Source of the DNA: Puccinia triticina
Lineage: Eukaryota
NCBI GenBank assembly: GCA_026914245.1
Contig: CP110440.1
Span: 1,984,001 to 2,048,000 of the forward strand
Reading direction: 5' to 3'
DNA: 64,000 nt
Shown here: positions 39,003-52,708 of the stretch, one piece after another
Numbering within the stretch: the stretch's first letter is position 1
How the letters are laid out: each line of letters opens with the position of its first letter
Program-made: the position numbers and the translations under genes
The notes under the pieces: model-generated
What the model was told of the DNA's origin: nothing
The model's database searches: none
The model's input: the letters and a program-made list of their open reading frames with translations, nothing else

Positions 39003-39760
39003 ATGTCAAACACAAATCAGGATGATATACGTGGTGTAGACAATGAGATCCATATCAAGACTTGCATCGTGTCTTATCAGCTCCCCTCCGATGTCGTCAG
39101 GTCGGCGCACCAACAGTACAACGTTGTGCTTAAGTCAACTTCAGCCGACGTGCCAGCCATTCTATACGACTTCTGCACTCAAGTTTTCTTCAGGGCCAAC
39201 TCATCGTTCATCCCGATTCGAGGCCCCCCACGATTCTAGTCAAACGTTTCAGATGGCAGGTCCACCGGGGACACTTTCCACTCGCCCATGAATTTGAGGA
39301 TACCCACGCCTCTGGTACAGCTTATGTAGTTAAAGTCCATATGAATCCGATTGTCGGTTGTGTGCGGTTTGTTGAAGTTGTTAATCCAGAAATGAAGGTG
39401 GTAAGTGTGCTTCTCTTGTTTAGTCAAAACCCTCTGCATTTCTTTTGCTCTTGTTGGCTAGTTTTGATTGCAAGTCGCGGGCACTGACTTGGAACTATAG
39501 GGCAAGTGTGGTCACATGAAGCTGTCGGCTACAAATGCCCTGGTACACGAGCGCTTTCAAACTCTTCGCCGGGGGGATAATATAAGGTTCGGTGGGATCA
39601 CAGCAAATGAATCAAGTAACGGAAGCAGATTACTGGCCATAAGGGTACGCTGTATACACCCGCGGTTTCAGTGCCTTGGAAGGAGGACTGAAATATTCTA
39701 CAGGTCGAGTGTGCCTCCAAGCTTGAAAGAGTTGATAAGACCACCTACCAATTAAGAGCC
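39003..39760 (+). pseudogene. Cargo ORF of unknown function, beta-strand-rich, disrupted
   Basis: Protein-like segments MSNTNQ...YDFCTQVFFRANSSFIPIRG and ERFQTLRRGDNIRFGGI, separated by introns or frameshifts. Confidence 0.4.
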
Positions 39761-40369
39761 AACCCAAAGAGACGTTTCAACCTCCAAGTAAGCGATTGGA
39801 ACAGACCTGCAAGGACAAGACGGGTCCAGCGGAAGAAAATCCATTGTCCTTGATTCCAGGCTCTGGATCCGATAGGCCACAGTAGATCATATCCTGAGTT
39901 GCACACATATGCCCGAATACTCCCTTCGCACCCTTGGAATTTGTTCCTGCTTGTCCCGACCCTTGAGATCCATCTTTGTTTGTTCTCTAATTGGTGGCAT
40001 GTGTCGGCAGCAACAATCACACTGCTGGCTGTTTGAAATTAAGCTTGTGTTGTTGGGCAGCTGCATCTATGTTCTGCTCAATTGTATGATTGAGATCAAG
40101 CTTTGATCCTCTGGAGCAGTGCAGTGTCAACTTATGTGAAATAGTATTTGAGCAAACCTCCGCAGGGCAACACCAAAATCATTGGCACAGTGGGTTTACA
40201 TCTCTTCTGTGTATTTTTCATATCTCACGGAGAATGGGTGGGTAAAGACAGCATCAAAAGAAGAAATTGTCGCCTTATTTACAATTCAGCGATGTGCTCC
40301 TTCAGTAAGAATCGGGACAAAGATACATGCGCTCAGGTGCACTCGCAAGTTCTAGTTAACAACATAGGT

Positions 40370-42913
40370 TTATTTACGTGTAATTTGATGGGGGGTGTGT
40401 GGCATAAGAAAGGGAGAAGTAGGTTTCAACGTATTCCAATGATTAAGGAAGTCGGTAGTTATTGCCTGGGCAAGCTGGTATCGGGTGGGGACTTGGACCG
40501 AGGCAAGAGAGCAAAGCTTGTCCGGAGACTGGAAGACAGGAGCGAGCATCTTGACCAGAAGTGCGGAAAGGCTACGCCAAATGGTTTCTTTGCAGGTGTG
40601 TGACGTTGAAGAGTGCTGCTTGATGATAGAGATTGCCTGAATGAATGACATGCACTTCAACACTCCAGCTATGCGATGATCCCGTGATGTAATGAAGAGT
40701 CCGCGAACTCCAGCAAGGATGAAGTAAACAAGGGGCTGGAAGTTCTGCTTCTTCTGATACTTTTGGAGCTTTTGGACTGCTGCTTTGGGGAACTGAGTCA
40801 GAGCCGATGGATCCGGCTCGGTAGGAGAGAGTTGTTTGTCTGAGTTGTTGGTGGAAGCTTGATTGGCACGGGTGTTTGCCTTCTTTTGCGCTGCCGTCAA
40901 GGGAGCCTCGCTCAGGGAGTGCGTTTGCATTATGATATAGGCCATCAGAACATCTATGATAACGTTGCGGAAGTCATGAAGGAGATCGACGGAGTGCATG
41001 CGCTGGTTGGGCTGAAGAGAACGGTTGCTCTGATCTGAGGGCGGGTCGAAGGTGGATGATGATTTTTTCAAAGTGTCGAGGTAACGAAGTGCTTCGACGC
41101 CCCTTGTGACGTGATTGTCCGTTGGTTGGAAGTTGATTGGTGGCGGGATGAAAAAACTATCAGCCATCAGTTCAACGGAGGCGGCGACAACCTTGGCCCA
41201 TTCGGCGGTGACGTATTGGGGGGGGTAGTGCAATCGGTACAAGCAACGGACAAGAGTGGACTCCGGGTGTTGAGTTCTTTTGAAAGGGGGAATGAAGGAG
41301 CCAGGCGCGAGGTCATTGTTCTTATTGCCGAACTCAGTTAGCAGTGGGAAGTTGAGCAAATCCGGGCAATACCACTGCTCCTGATGAGAGGGGCTGAGGA
41401 ATTCATCGGCTGAGGTAGAAGGAGACTGTCAGCTGTTGTAAATCAAGTCGCACCATCAACCAGCAGTCAAACTCACCCAGAGATGTTATTGTCTGGATCC
41501 AAGAGGAATAGGAGCAGGAGATGCGTCCCAATTGGAAGGAGGGAGCGGCCAGAGGTGGATTGTGCAGACCCTGGGCGCAGTTTTCGAGCAAATGGGAGAG
41601 AGAATTCCAAGTGGCCACATACTTGTACCAGGACGGTTTCGATCCAGCCCACTCCTGAGTGATAGAAACCACTTGTGCTCGGATCTGGTCAGACTTAATG
41701 ATCGTGAGGTGAGGAAGTGGAGAGGTGGCGGTCTGTTCGGATGATTCAGTTGGACGCTGATCAGTATGAGTTGTGGTTGAATTCGAGGGACCACTAGCAG
41801 CAGGAGTGGGGCCATGCTCAGCCGCAGGAAGCGGGAGGGATTGAGGCTCCCCGGATGTCTGATTCGCTGTAGCGTCTTTGTGAGGCGCGGGGGATAGGGA
41901 TTGCTGGGGGGCCAAACCGTGTTCGGAAGTAGTTGATCCCTTGGCGGTGGGATCGCTCAATTGAGGGTGTGTGGAAGCGTCTGGTTGCGCACCACCGGGC
42001 AGTGTGACTTGAGATGGGTCGTCGTCAGGTCTGGCAAGACGTAGATTTTGGCTAGTTTTGTCGGCAACGGCGTTGGGCTGCTGGTTGCCGAGGGCTGCCC
42101 AAAAGGATGGCTCAGCGCCGGCGGGGACCACGTCTTCCCAGGAGAATTGGTCCTTGTCCAGCGAGTTGGTAGGTGGGAGGCCGGCTAGGGTTGTCTGAGG
42201 AGTCATGATTGGCGCTAGGGAAGTGCTGGCCGATGCTGGGGTCTTGTCAAGGAGATTGACCACCTTAACCGATTTCTCCTTTGGTCCTTGTTTGATGGGT
42301 GGCCGCTTGTGGAATGGCTTCCCCATTGAAACCGCTGTGGTTGGGGGGCTGGTGGGTTGGGCAATTCTGATATCCTCGTCATCGGGGACAATGCCAGTTT
42401 GTTCCCATTCTGTAGGGAGAAGGTGGGTGGTGAGTTGCAAGGCATTGAATTGGTGGATCATGAGGATACAGGACGACCCACTTTGTCTGCTCCGTCTGAT
42501 GGAAAATGCTAGATCTTGAGCTTTGCGTTTGCAGCTACGGGGTAACTTGAGGGCAAGGATTGCTAGAGCTTGTTGCTCGGCAGCTCCAATGCTGCGATCA
42601 AACTCATCCGCGGTAATCTCCTGGATCTCGGTTGACAGAATGGATTCTTGAGGTTCAAGGGAGGCGGAGGATACCAACGGGAGGTTCTGAAGGGCAAACT
42701 GGGAGAATGAAGGTGGGGCGGTCGGAAGCCCCGGATAGTTCTGACGGAGGTCCTGTTCAGCTGATGCAACACCAAATCAGCTTTGGCACGGCAGGACAAG
42801 CAGGAATGGCTGAGATTTGACTTACTGGGAGGTGGAGTGGCAGACAGCCGATCACTGGTAGGAGGGGTGGGTGTAGACTGGTCGGACGGGTTTGATGGAG
42901 GGCGATCACTCAT
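40370..42913 (-). CDS. Multi-exon cargo gene of unknown function (S/P/T-rich N-half, helical C-half)
   Basis: Consecutive long minus-strand ORFs (116, 424, 329 aa) separated by intron-sized gaps. Confidence 0.7.
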
Positions 42914-44744
42914 GTTGGTGGGTGTGGATTAAATCTGAAGAGGAAGAATGGGTTTGAGAGTGGCGGAATGTGAGGAAAGCGGAGGACGATGAGTGGGCAA
43001 AAGAGCGAGGGCAGGGTCAGGAGAACCCGGTATTTATGGGCGACAGAAGAAGGGGGCACTTGTCCTTTGTGGGGCCCCAATTGTATGGGAGCTGTGTGGG
43101 GTCACTTTCAACTTCTCCCTTTGAGAAGATCTACAAGAATGTTGGCTTTGGGTGACCGAATACCCCGCTGCTGATGATGGCTTCCCTTATTTGCACATGA
43201 TGATATGTAATTGGGCAAGCGTGACGCACGCTGAGCATGGAAGATCCTTTCCCACCCCCATGCTCAGCGTGCACAATGTGGCTCCTCCCGGTGATAGGCC
43301 AGGGAGAGATCCTTGATCAAGGCAATGATATTGCGGGGTGAGGACGTGACTTGGTTCAAGGGCAGCGCGGCCGGATCTGTGCTGTGGCAGGGTAAATGTA
43401 GGGGGAGGACTGAGCATGTATGTAGCACTCGGTGCTGCATGCTCAGTCTTCCAGATGTTCTACCAAACGTCACAGTGGACAACATAGTTGCCTAGATTAT
43501 CCGTAGTGTGACACCTTGGCAGCGTGGCGACGGCTTGGGTCAGCAGGTGGATAGATCTTGAAGTGGTGAATGAGCTCCCTGGGCAGGCGTTGACAGTGGG
43601 TCCTGCAGTTGGATCCTTCGGTACGCGGAGAATAGCACAACTTGGGTGTTGAGATGATTCAGGCACGCCTGAAAGCTCATTGGGGTGGGGCCTTGGTAGG
43701 CTTGATCTGCCACATGGTTGAGACATCAGGCGCGGCTGATCATTTGGCATTTGTTGACCCTGACGTTCGGCCAAGCGTCATGGTGTGCATCAGATGCCGG
43801 CCGGCGTGGACAAGTCACAAGCACATATCACAACCCCGCCACCAATTGTTGGTGCTTCAGCCAATCTCTGTATAACTCTGACGGCCCCACATGACCCTAT
43901 CAATGCGCACCCACAGCATTATTGGCAGCGGTGCTTGGGTTTGGGAGACACGTGAAGCCGACCCAACTGCATTGCCGAAGGAGCGATGATTGAGCGCAGT
44001 GCCTCTGGTGGTACTTATCAATCATTACTGACACCGATGCGAGACAACCAATGAAACCAGAGGGTTGTGCACCGCACACATTGTGGGCTCCCCACCCTCT
44101 TCAGCCATAACATGACCCACCAGCTAGCCAGGAGGTCCCATCTTGAGCGTGTTTGGGTAGAATAGGAAGGGCAGATGAAGACTGGGAATGTGGCCCCGTT
44201 TCGGGGACCAATGATTGCTTGTGCAAGCAACCTCACTCCGGTGGTGAAGGGCTGCCCCGGCCAACACCCCAAATTCATGAACCCACACCTCTCGCGTGGC
44301 CTGTAAACGCGTGCGCAAAGGAGCAACTCCATTGGCTCTTGGGTGATGAGATGTCATTGCTGTAGGCAGCGAGGGTGATAGGTGCGCCGCAGGAGGGGTG
44401 ACATCCTGTGCTTGTCCACCCCAACCTTTGGCCGATGGTTGTGGTGGACAGCGTATAGGGCAAGAACCCGGTCATGCCCACAGTGCCCACATGGTTGTCT
44501 CCCCCAACGTTCGGCCAGACGTGAGGGTGGACACGAGCAGGGTGGCCTTGGAGTCCTGCCTCTGCCCGAGGGCCATGTAGCAAGGATGGGTGGAAAGTTA
44601 GCCTGAGCCTCACTCAGGGGTGACGCGTGTATTGTCATCGTCTCTGAGGGCACTCATAAAGAGGTTACAACTACAAGATTTATATAAAGGGAATTATGAA
44701 TTATACCGCTTCGTGGAGGCTCCATCCCTGCATGGGACAGCCCT

Positions 44745-46445
44745 TCAAGTGTCCACCTGCATCATGCCCGTACATATCACAGCGGGATTTGGAGCTGACC
44801 CACTGGGCCCCGCCGGTGGTAGGCCGGTGGAATTTGGCGCTTGGGCGGATGAACTCGTGCCAGTGGTGCTAGTGTGTCGGAAGCAGATATCTTCTAGGTT
44901 TTTTTCGATCGTACTGAGGTCTATTGCTGCTACTGTCGACACAGTCTCCTGCTCATAAGTGCTGAGTTTTGACCAGTATTCTTTCCTATAGCAATCGAGC
45001 GGCAATCCTCGGGCGACTCCAATGATTCCCTTTGTCGGTTTGAAGTTGCGTCGTGAGCGAGGATACATCTTGGCATGGGTTGCAATCGTTTGGTGGTGCT
45101 GTGCCTGGGCTTGGACCATCTTGTCAATGCAGTGGAGGATTGTCGTGAGGTCGTCGCTCCGCCATTCAGGCACAAGGCTGATCGGGTGGTTATTTGGGCC
45201 GCCATCTTCTATGTCAGAGCCGCACTCTTTCTGCTCCACGATGTGTGCCAGCGCGATATTTTTGGGAAACAGCTTGTCTACTGCTCCGCATCTGTTTTCC
45301 TTGATCTGCGTTTTGCGAGATGATGATTGGTCAATATACAGATTTGCAAGGCCGGGAAAATCTCCTCTCTGGATCTCGGAGTTACTTACCTTCTTCTTCC
45401 AGCGTTGGTATTGTCCCTTCGCCGATTTCTCGCCCTTCATCTGATCGTACACGTCAAGCGGCATATCTTGATAGTCCCGCAGCTCTCGTGCTTTAGTCTG
45501 GAGCCACCGATGGATGATCGCCGGGGCTTCGCCGGCTTGCGCGTCACTGACTTGGGTTGTTCGGCGAATCCACTCGACAGCCTTGACAGCTAGTAGCTCA
45601 ACAACTGCTGAATTCCATCCAGAGCTGTCCCCCGGTCCCTTCGCCCATTCAAAGGTCATCCTACTTATGCCCGCGAATGCCAGGGACCTTTCGACATCAG
45701 CTTGGGTTTGGGGGCTGATTGGCTTGCAGCCTTTGGCTGCACGTTTGACAACAACAGAAGTGAATGGTGGTGAGACCGCATGGCACCGTATCTCTTTTTC
45801 GGCAGTGGCAACAAAATGGTCGATTTCCGCGGGGCTCTTGCCGGATAGTGCTTCACGAAGTCAATCGAGCTGGGTTATTATAGCCTGACTTCTCTTTTCA
45901 ACCCAGTATAGATCGGCTAGTTCTTTTTCAGTAGGAGTTCGGGGGTAATCTTGTGGTTTTTCCGGATAGCCAAGGAAAAACTTGACAAATCCTTGGATAT
46001 CCCGCGAATATTTGTTGCAGTGCTTGGTGAGCGCGCCCTTTTCAGCTATTCCTTTTGCACGACGCCCGGATCGTCGTTTGCCGTTCATCTCCTCCGCTTC
46101 CATCCTCCCTTTCCTAGCATTCTCCACTACAAACTTTGGGTCCAATCGTGAGCTATCGCCGACCTCCACTGGTTTATTCTGGGCCTCCCCACGACCACCA
46201 CCTAAAAAAGAGGCAACAGATCAGCTGACTCGTGCTGTAATTTTAATTGCTGGGTACATTCTCAGATAGGACCTCGACTTGCCCTCAGCATTGGTGTTCA
46301 TCGCGGATTGACCCTCCGGATTCGTGGCCCTATCTTTAAACTCGGGGACCAGACGATCAACCAGGGAAGAGACCCATTGGACGTCTTGATCAGGACTGGG
46401 GGGGGGATCACCCTGCTGATCAGCGGGAGTGGTTGGGTTATTCAT
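44745..46445 (-). pseudogene. Accessory ORF downstream of the transposase (TnpA/ORF2-like position), one in-frame stop
   Basis: Multi-exon. Motifs FEW...WN, PEWRSDDLTTILHCID and RGLPLDCY...YWSKLS. TGA at 45861-45863 with the frame continuing. Confidence 0.7.
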
Positions 46446-46935
46446 CTACGAAGTGTGTATGGCAGTAGTAGGCAGGGCCACCAGAGGCTAGGTCGATGGT
46501 GGTGAAGAAGGCCGTGGGATGGATCTGCTTGGGGGGAATGTGTGCCTGTTGTAACTTATAATCCAACCTGAAAAGATCAGAAACAAAGCTGGGGCCCAAT
46601 GGGGGAATAAATATGTTGCAACTTAGGCGGAACAATGCAATATCTGGATAATTATAAAGTCAAGACACAGTTGCAGCCGAGATACAACAGAAGAAGGAAA
46701 GAAGTTGGTCTGGGATCGGGTAGCCCTCGGGAGAAGAGGATGACCTCTTGAAGGCGCCCACCCCTTCTAATTGTGCCCTCCGCGGCTGGCCGAAAAACCT
46801 TCCCCGCAGACGCAACTGCTCCCCTTGATCCCTTTCTACAAGGAGTCTTCGACAAGGCTCTCCCAGCCCTTCGGGGACCCACACAGGCACAAACAATCAT
46901 GATTAGGCACTGAGAAAACAACAAACAGAGGCCAT

Positions 46936-49900
46936 TCATGCAAGGTCACTCACCGCGGTACCCAATCCAACTGCACTGATTGTCTTTGCGGCAATACCGA
47001 ATGTTCCCCCTATGTTGCGCGTCATAGCTGCATGCCCAATCACCCGATTTGCCTTGACTACCACAGACGCATCATGATTGTCCCTGACCAGACGACAGTT
47101 GAGATCGGGATAGTCACCGTATGGATCTTCGAGTCTTTGGAGTTCCTTGAATGGGTTCACAATGAACCACCTCTGCTGAGGTGTTTGGTCAGATTCAAAG
47201 ATGTGCTCTATCTGACCAAATCTTTGGTCCTTGCCCAAGTGAAACTCCACCATGCTGTTACCTTCATGATGCTCAACTGCCGTGAAGGTCTTGCGGTTGA
47301 TCTGAAAGCTTCGGAGCACTTCCACCGTGGGATTGAGGTTTTGCATAGCTGGAGTCAACTCAAGTTTGGCTCGTGTGCCTTCTTTTCCGCAGACCGCACG
47401 TTTCCACTTTTGAAACGTAGGCTGATCCAGGGTTAATTTGACCGGTGTTTCTGTATCCTCCTCCACACCTTCGGAGGAGTGTAACCCCTGTGTGTTGCGG
47501 CGAAGCAAACACGAATTTGAGTTGATATGCCACTTGTGCAACAACGTCCTGGGAATATCGTCTGCAAAACATCAACAGTACATCAGGACCTGTTCCGCGT
47601 AGTAACATCGACAGAAATTTACACGAACCAAGGTGATGATTTGTGGTTAACCTCTGTAACATCCCGTTCACCCGCTCCTGCGCCCACGCCGCGGTTGATC
47701 GGGGAGGGCCAAACCTCCTGATAACATCGGAGAAGTGCTGGGTAAGATGCAGATTTGGTTTGCTGGTTTTACCAGGCCATCCTTTCTGCAGACAGTTTCG
47801 GTAACTCAATATCAAGCTATCAAGCTCTCTGAGATCTCGGACGTGAATGCTTGGAAGAGTCAGGAAATGGGCAATTTTACCCAGTGTGGAGGTTGATTCT
47901 AGCAGGGCCAAGATTCGTTGTTTGCTTTCCGGCGTAGCAGCTTCCCCGAGAGACTTTACCCAGAGCGGAATGAGAGCAACAGGATAGTAGACCTTATATA
48001 GGATCAACCACTTGGCTGCCTTCAGTGATCCGTGAGTCGCAGAGCCCAAATTGTGAGGCACTCGATCAATCCACAACGGCAGAACAGTATGTAGGATGGT
48101 CCTTCGGACAACATCTAGTTCCTCCGGCAGAAGCTTGGGGTGATCCTTATCTTCAGCCGCTGCGACTGAGGCGAGAGTCCCCCTTTGCATACCTGTGACA
48201 GTGTAGTCACTGCCGGTCTCTTCATCACTGTTGCTCGGATCCTCATCTGGATTCAATTCGTAAAGTGCCTTCTTCCTTAGGCGCAGCGAATAGGAATGTG
48301 TTGATGCCGAATCAGAGCTTTCCCCGGGCCGGGCTCCGGAGGTGCCAGAGGAATCCAAGTGACTAGGAGGGGGGGCACTCGGACCAGCCTCATGAGGTGC
48401 ACTTGAACGGCTCTTTTTGGTAGGTCTTTCGGCTCTTGGACTTGCGGTTCCCGAATGATCTAGCTTCCTCTTCCCTTTTGACTTTCTTGACACACCAAAC
48501 CGCTCGTTGAAAGGAGGCTCAGTGTAAGATTTACTGTTCTGCCATGCATCGTCTAGCTCTTGCATGGACTTGAGTTGTGCCCCCGCTGCGGGCAGAGACA
48601 GGAACTGCATGCTGTGGTCTTTCAGATCACCCAGGACCAAAGCATGCATCAGTTCCACCGAGCAGTGTTGAATGGGTCGCCAGTAGGGTAACTCGTTCAG
48701 GACACTCCACCGCGCGCCCTTCTCTTTGGAGAACCGCTTCCTTTCCGTGAAATTTTCCAATTTCTGCCACTCGGAGGCGTTTTGGAGGTGAACATCATCT
48801 GTCCGACGAAGAAACTTGTCGGGATCCGTCTCATCTATTGCTGATTTTGGTAGCAGACAGAAAGAGCAAAACAAGGTCGCCGTGTGACTTCCAAATCCGG
48901 CAGTCTTACGAAGCGCCGGTAGATCTGCAATGAGCGGGAAAACCGCAACACGGATGGTCCTCCCAACGACAGGAAGACTGGCAGACTGCAATGCAACCCC
49001 CTTCCAGAATTCCTTCAGCTCATCAACAAGAGGTTGCAAAATGTGGTTGAGTTGCTCCTGTCTAGGTTCCTTGGGGCCTGGGATAATTCCGAAGAGGAAA
49101 ATGTTTTCCGGTTTGTATCAATGAGTTGCGGGTAGATTCAGGCAGACTAAAGTGATTGCCCCAACGGTTGTGTGTTTTCCCAGATTTGAGCTTCCTTCCG
49201 GGCCAAACCAATCGAGATATAAACTGAAGACAAGGTTCCCAGAAGTTTGTGTAAATCTTCCAGTGCCGTCATCTGAGTTGGGAAATTCGCGCCACACACA
49301 ACCGTGCCAGACATCTTCCATGGGTTGATCTTCCTGCCAGTTGTTTGCCGCCAGACTGAACTCTAACAAGGCCTCAAAAGAAGGTTCCAGGAGGCGTCGC
49401 CGTAACCAAGACTTGAGAGAAACGTAGTTGAATGTTTGAACAGGCGTTTCGTGACTGCTCTGATTGATCTTGTAAAGCGGCTTGTCACAAGTTGGAGTGA
49501 GTTTTTGCGACTCAGCCCACTTGCAATAACCTTGTTTAGGTGACAGGTAACGTTCTGTACATTGTTTACCCTTCCCATGTACGGTTGCCATTGGGTACAA
49601 TTTGAAACAACGTACACAACATACTTGACTGGTCACCTCAGGGTTCAAGCCAAGCCAATGGAATACCGCCTCCTGCGTCTTTGGGATTTGTCGGACGATT
49701 GTGCTTGTGTCAATTTTTTTCCAAAGGGCCGAGCTCCATATCTTGCCGAGCAACACAACGTTTTCACGGGCAGCTTGTAAGAAATCCACCGCCCCTGCCT
49801 TGCTGAGCCTGTTGGAGAATACTGATGACGCCATTTGGATCATCACTTGTTTGCAAAAGGCCTCATCCAGATAGACTAGTGTTGGATTTGGGGTGCCTCC

Positions 49901-50213
49901 TGAAACAGAAGTCGAGGCATGCGGAGCACCCTTCAAATGTCCCCAGGTCAGCTGCCCAATCCTCAACGTCGAAGTCTCGGCAATGCTGATTTGGATTTCT
50001 ACTCACTAAATCTTGGTTCGAGGGTCCTGAGAAATCTGCTGGTTGAGCCACGGTGCGCCTGGACAGCTCCAGGGCCACTTGCATCTGGTGCTTGTCAAAA
50101 ACCCTTTTGGACACGACCCTGCCCGCGACAATGACTCTGTCTTCCTCCTCGTGTTGCATGGTCTTGCACCCGGCGGGTTCACAATGACAGACATACTTGG
50201 GTGGGTTCACCAT
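46936..50213 (-). pseudogene. CACTA/En-Spm Tnp2-family transposase, full length with one in-frame stop
   Basis: LVFSLYLDWF, LVCLNLP, ENIFLFGIIPGPKEP, LQPLVDEL, ADLPALRK, FCSFC, RWSVLNELPYW, ELMHALVLG, NLHLTQH and FGP..WAQERVNG. TGA at 49118-49120; introns at ~49900-50006 and ~47562-47628. Confidence 0.9.
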
Positions 50214-50953
50214 ACTTTGAATCTATGCTGTGAGTATAGAGGTTTGGAGGGTAAGTAAAATATTTTGACTTGAAAAATATCACAAATTAAAGTCACGCCG
50301 GACTGGGATGACCACTGCTGTACTCCTAAAACCACAGTTAATACTTCGGCCAATGCATGTGTGGGCTGTGTTGTAGAAGATTGTACAACCACCACAAACT
50401 GCCTAATAGCCACTCAATATGCGCTGCTATGGCCAGCTCCACGGCCTCCGCAAATCTTTGATTCACAAAGCACCCCTGCCCTTGGTCCATCATGCCATTG
50501 ACACACAGCCAAGGCAGCCTATCTGATGACTTGCTGCCTGCCCGGCTTGGCACATGATTGTACTCCTCATGTCTCAACACAAACACAATTAAACGTGGGG
50601 AGATGAGTTGCAATCGTGTCATCGCAACCTGTCTCCAGGCCAAAACCGCCTTTAACTCCACCAACTCGTTGTTGGCCACTCAACATAGTTGAGTCGCGAT
50701 GACGAGATTCAGGCCCACTCTAGCTCCCCCACTTGTACCGGCATTGAAAAGCTGACCTTGTGGAACCCTTGCCTATCGTGTAAGTGTGCTGGACCCGTTC
50801 TGATAAGGACGTAATAGGGGTTATGGAGCCAGAGGCGTTTATATTCTCCCGCGCACTAGGGCCTCGTCCCAACATCAGAGAAAGCTCATTCTGCCAACAC
50901 CAATCCATCACCCATCCACCGTGCCTCTCTACTCATCAGATTGAACTCAGGAA

Positions 50954-51290
50954 ATGAACAACCCTTCTGTGTTCAATCCTAGTCAGCTTCAATGGCTTCG
51001 AGAGAAGCAGAAACTTGTCGACTCAGAAATGGACCGCGTCGAAAGGGAATCAGCCACCAACGATAACAACTGGACCAATTGGAACCTTGCTTACCGATTT
51101 CAAGGCAAGTTGTACGCAGATGCGCATGGAATGAAGATCCCCCGATGGGCAGTTCCAAATATGACAGCGACCTGGAACGCAATCAGGATGCGAGCCGGAA
51201 GAGGTATGTGCAGCAGAAGACCCACCTCTTCTCAGTGACTGACAGAATCTTCACCCATCCACTTCCCGCCTCCAGGTCCGGTTAACTTTG
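50954..51290 (+). CDS. Small hypothetical cargo protein, divergent from the transposase
   Basis: ATG-initiated protein-like ORF with GTATGT...CAG intron at ~51203-51276. Confidence 0.5.
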
Positions 51291-52708
51291 AGACGGTATC
51301 TGCCCCTGAGGGAGTGACACCAGGACGCAGTTGAAGTGTCAATGAATATTTGGAACACTAGGGTGGGGGTGAAGTTCTTTTGTTTATCCAGAAGCAAAGT
51401 CCCGCTTTTCTCACCACTTCAAAATCCCCATACAGTGCACAACTGCAAGCAGTCGATAAATTTGTCAATGGGAACCGGAATTAGCGTTGGTTGAATAATG
51501 ACTTCAAGCATAACATGTCACGAACTCCTCATGTCGCTGCTACATGTGCCAACATGGTGTAGTGCTTGCCAAGTTTCATGTTCACAAGTGATGGAGAGCG
51601 AGGCAAATGCATATCCGCAACAGTGTCATGACCAGGAAATTGTATTCTCTATGCTCTTGTGCAGCCGCCTGGCACCCAAGGTGTGCTACCCGGCAACAAG
51701 CGAGCTTGTTGTGGTGCCATCGGCTACTTTGTCCCGCTTGGCCGTTTGCCTAGTCAGCTGTGCAGAAGAGCTTGTTGCAGCACTCCACCTGTGTTGTACT
51801 TCTCCCCGCCACACAACCTACATACGCATGCCGCACAGCTATCTCGAAACCCAGGCCCATGGGATTGCATTAGCTAAGCTGGCTCCCCTAAGCGCGCGAG
51901 CCAGGTCCAGGTGATGGCGTGCATTGCTGACCATTGGCCTGATCAGAGGACCTTTTTTCAGATCTGACAATCACTAGCTTCATAACATAACCTCTCTGCT
52001 TTGAGCTGACTGATCACAAACGCAGGAACCCAACATCTTAAGACAGGTCAGGCAGGGAAGGGTTGTCGTAACCCAGGAGTCCCAGATGCTAGAGGGAGTC
52101 CACTGGGCTGGCCGTTTGAGTAACAATTGCCCGACTTCAACAGGACTATGCTGGGTTTCCGGCATGGCTGGGCTGGAGGGCCACTTGTTCAGCTGGGTCT
52201 GGGCTTCCAGCGGTGTCTTCTGAAAGGACTCATGGGCAATGTGGAAGAAAAAAGAGGCTGCAGGCCAAGGGACTTCCTCTGTTTCAATCTTCAGGTCCAA
52301 AAGGCCATAGTAGTTACAGCACAAAAACACAAATGAGCCAACAACAGGTTTCAGGAGCGGTTAACAAGGGCGTGTCCGCCGTCATGTTCGGCCGAACTGG
52401 GCGGTGGACATCCGCCAGGGTGCGACACCTCATCAACAACGGCATTCACCGGTTGGTTTACATATTGGGCTGTCACAGTTGACAGTACGCCCATGGTGGC
52501 GTGCCCCTGTGTCCACCCTGATGTTTGTCCGGGCGTCAGGGTGGACACCGTGGTACCACTCACCAACCAAGCTCTGCATGCCGGCCGCATGAGGCCAAAT
52601 CATGACAAACTCCCCCCATTGTGCATATTATGTATGCCTCACCCCTTTCAGTGCTCAAATTGACCACCATCCCTTGTTCCCAACGAGCTCACACCTTGCC
52701 ACAAAAAT

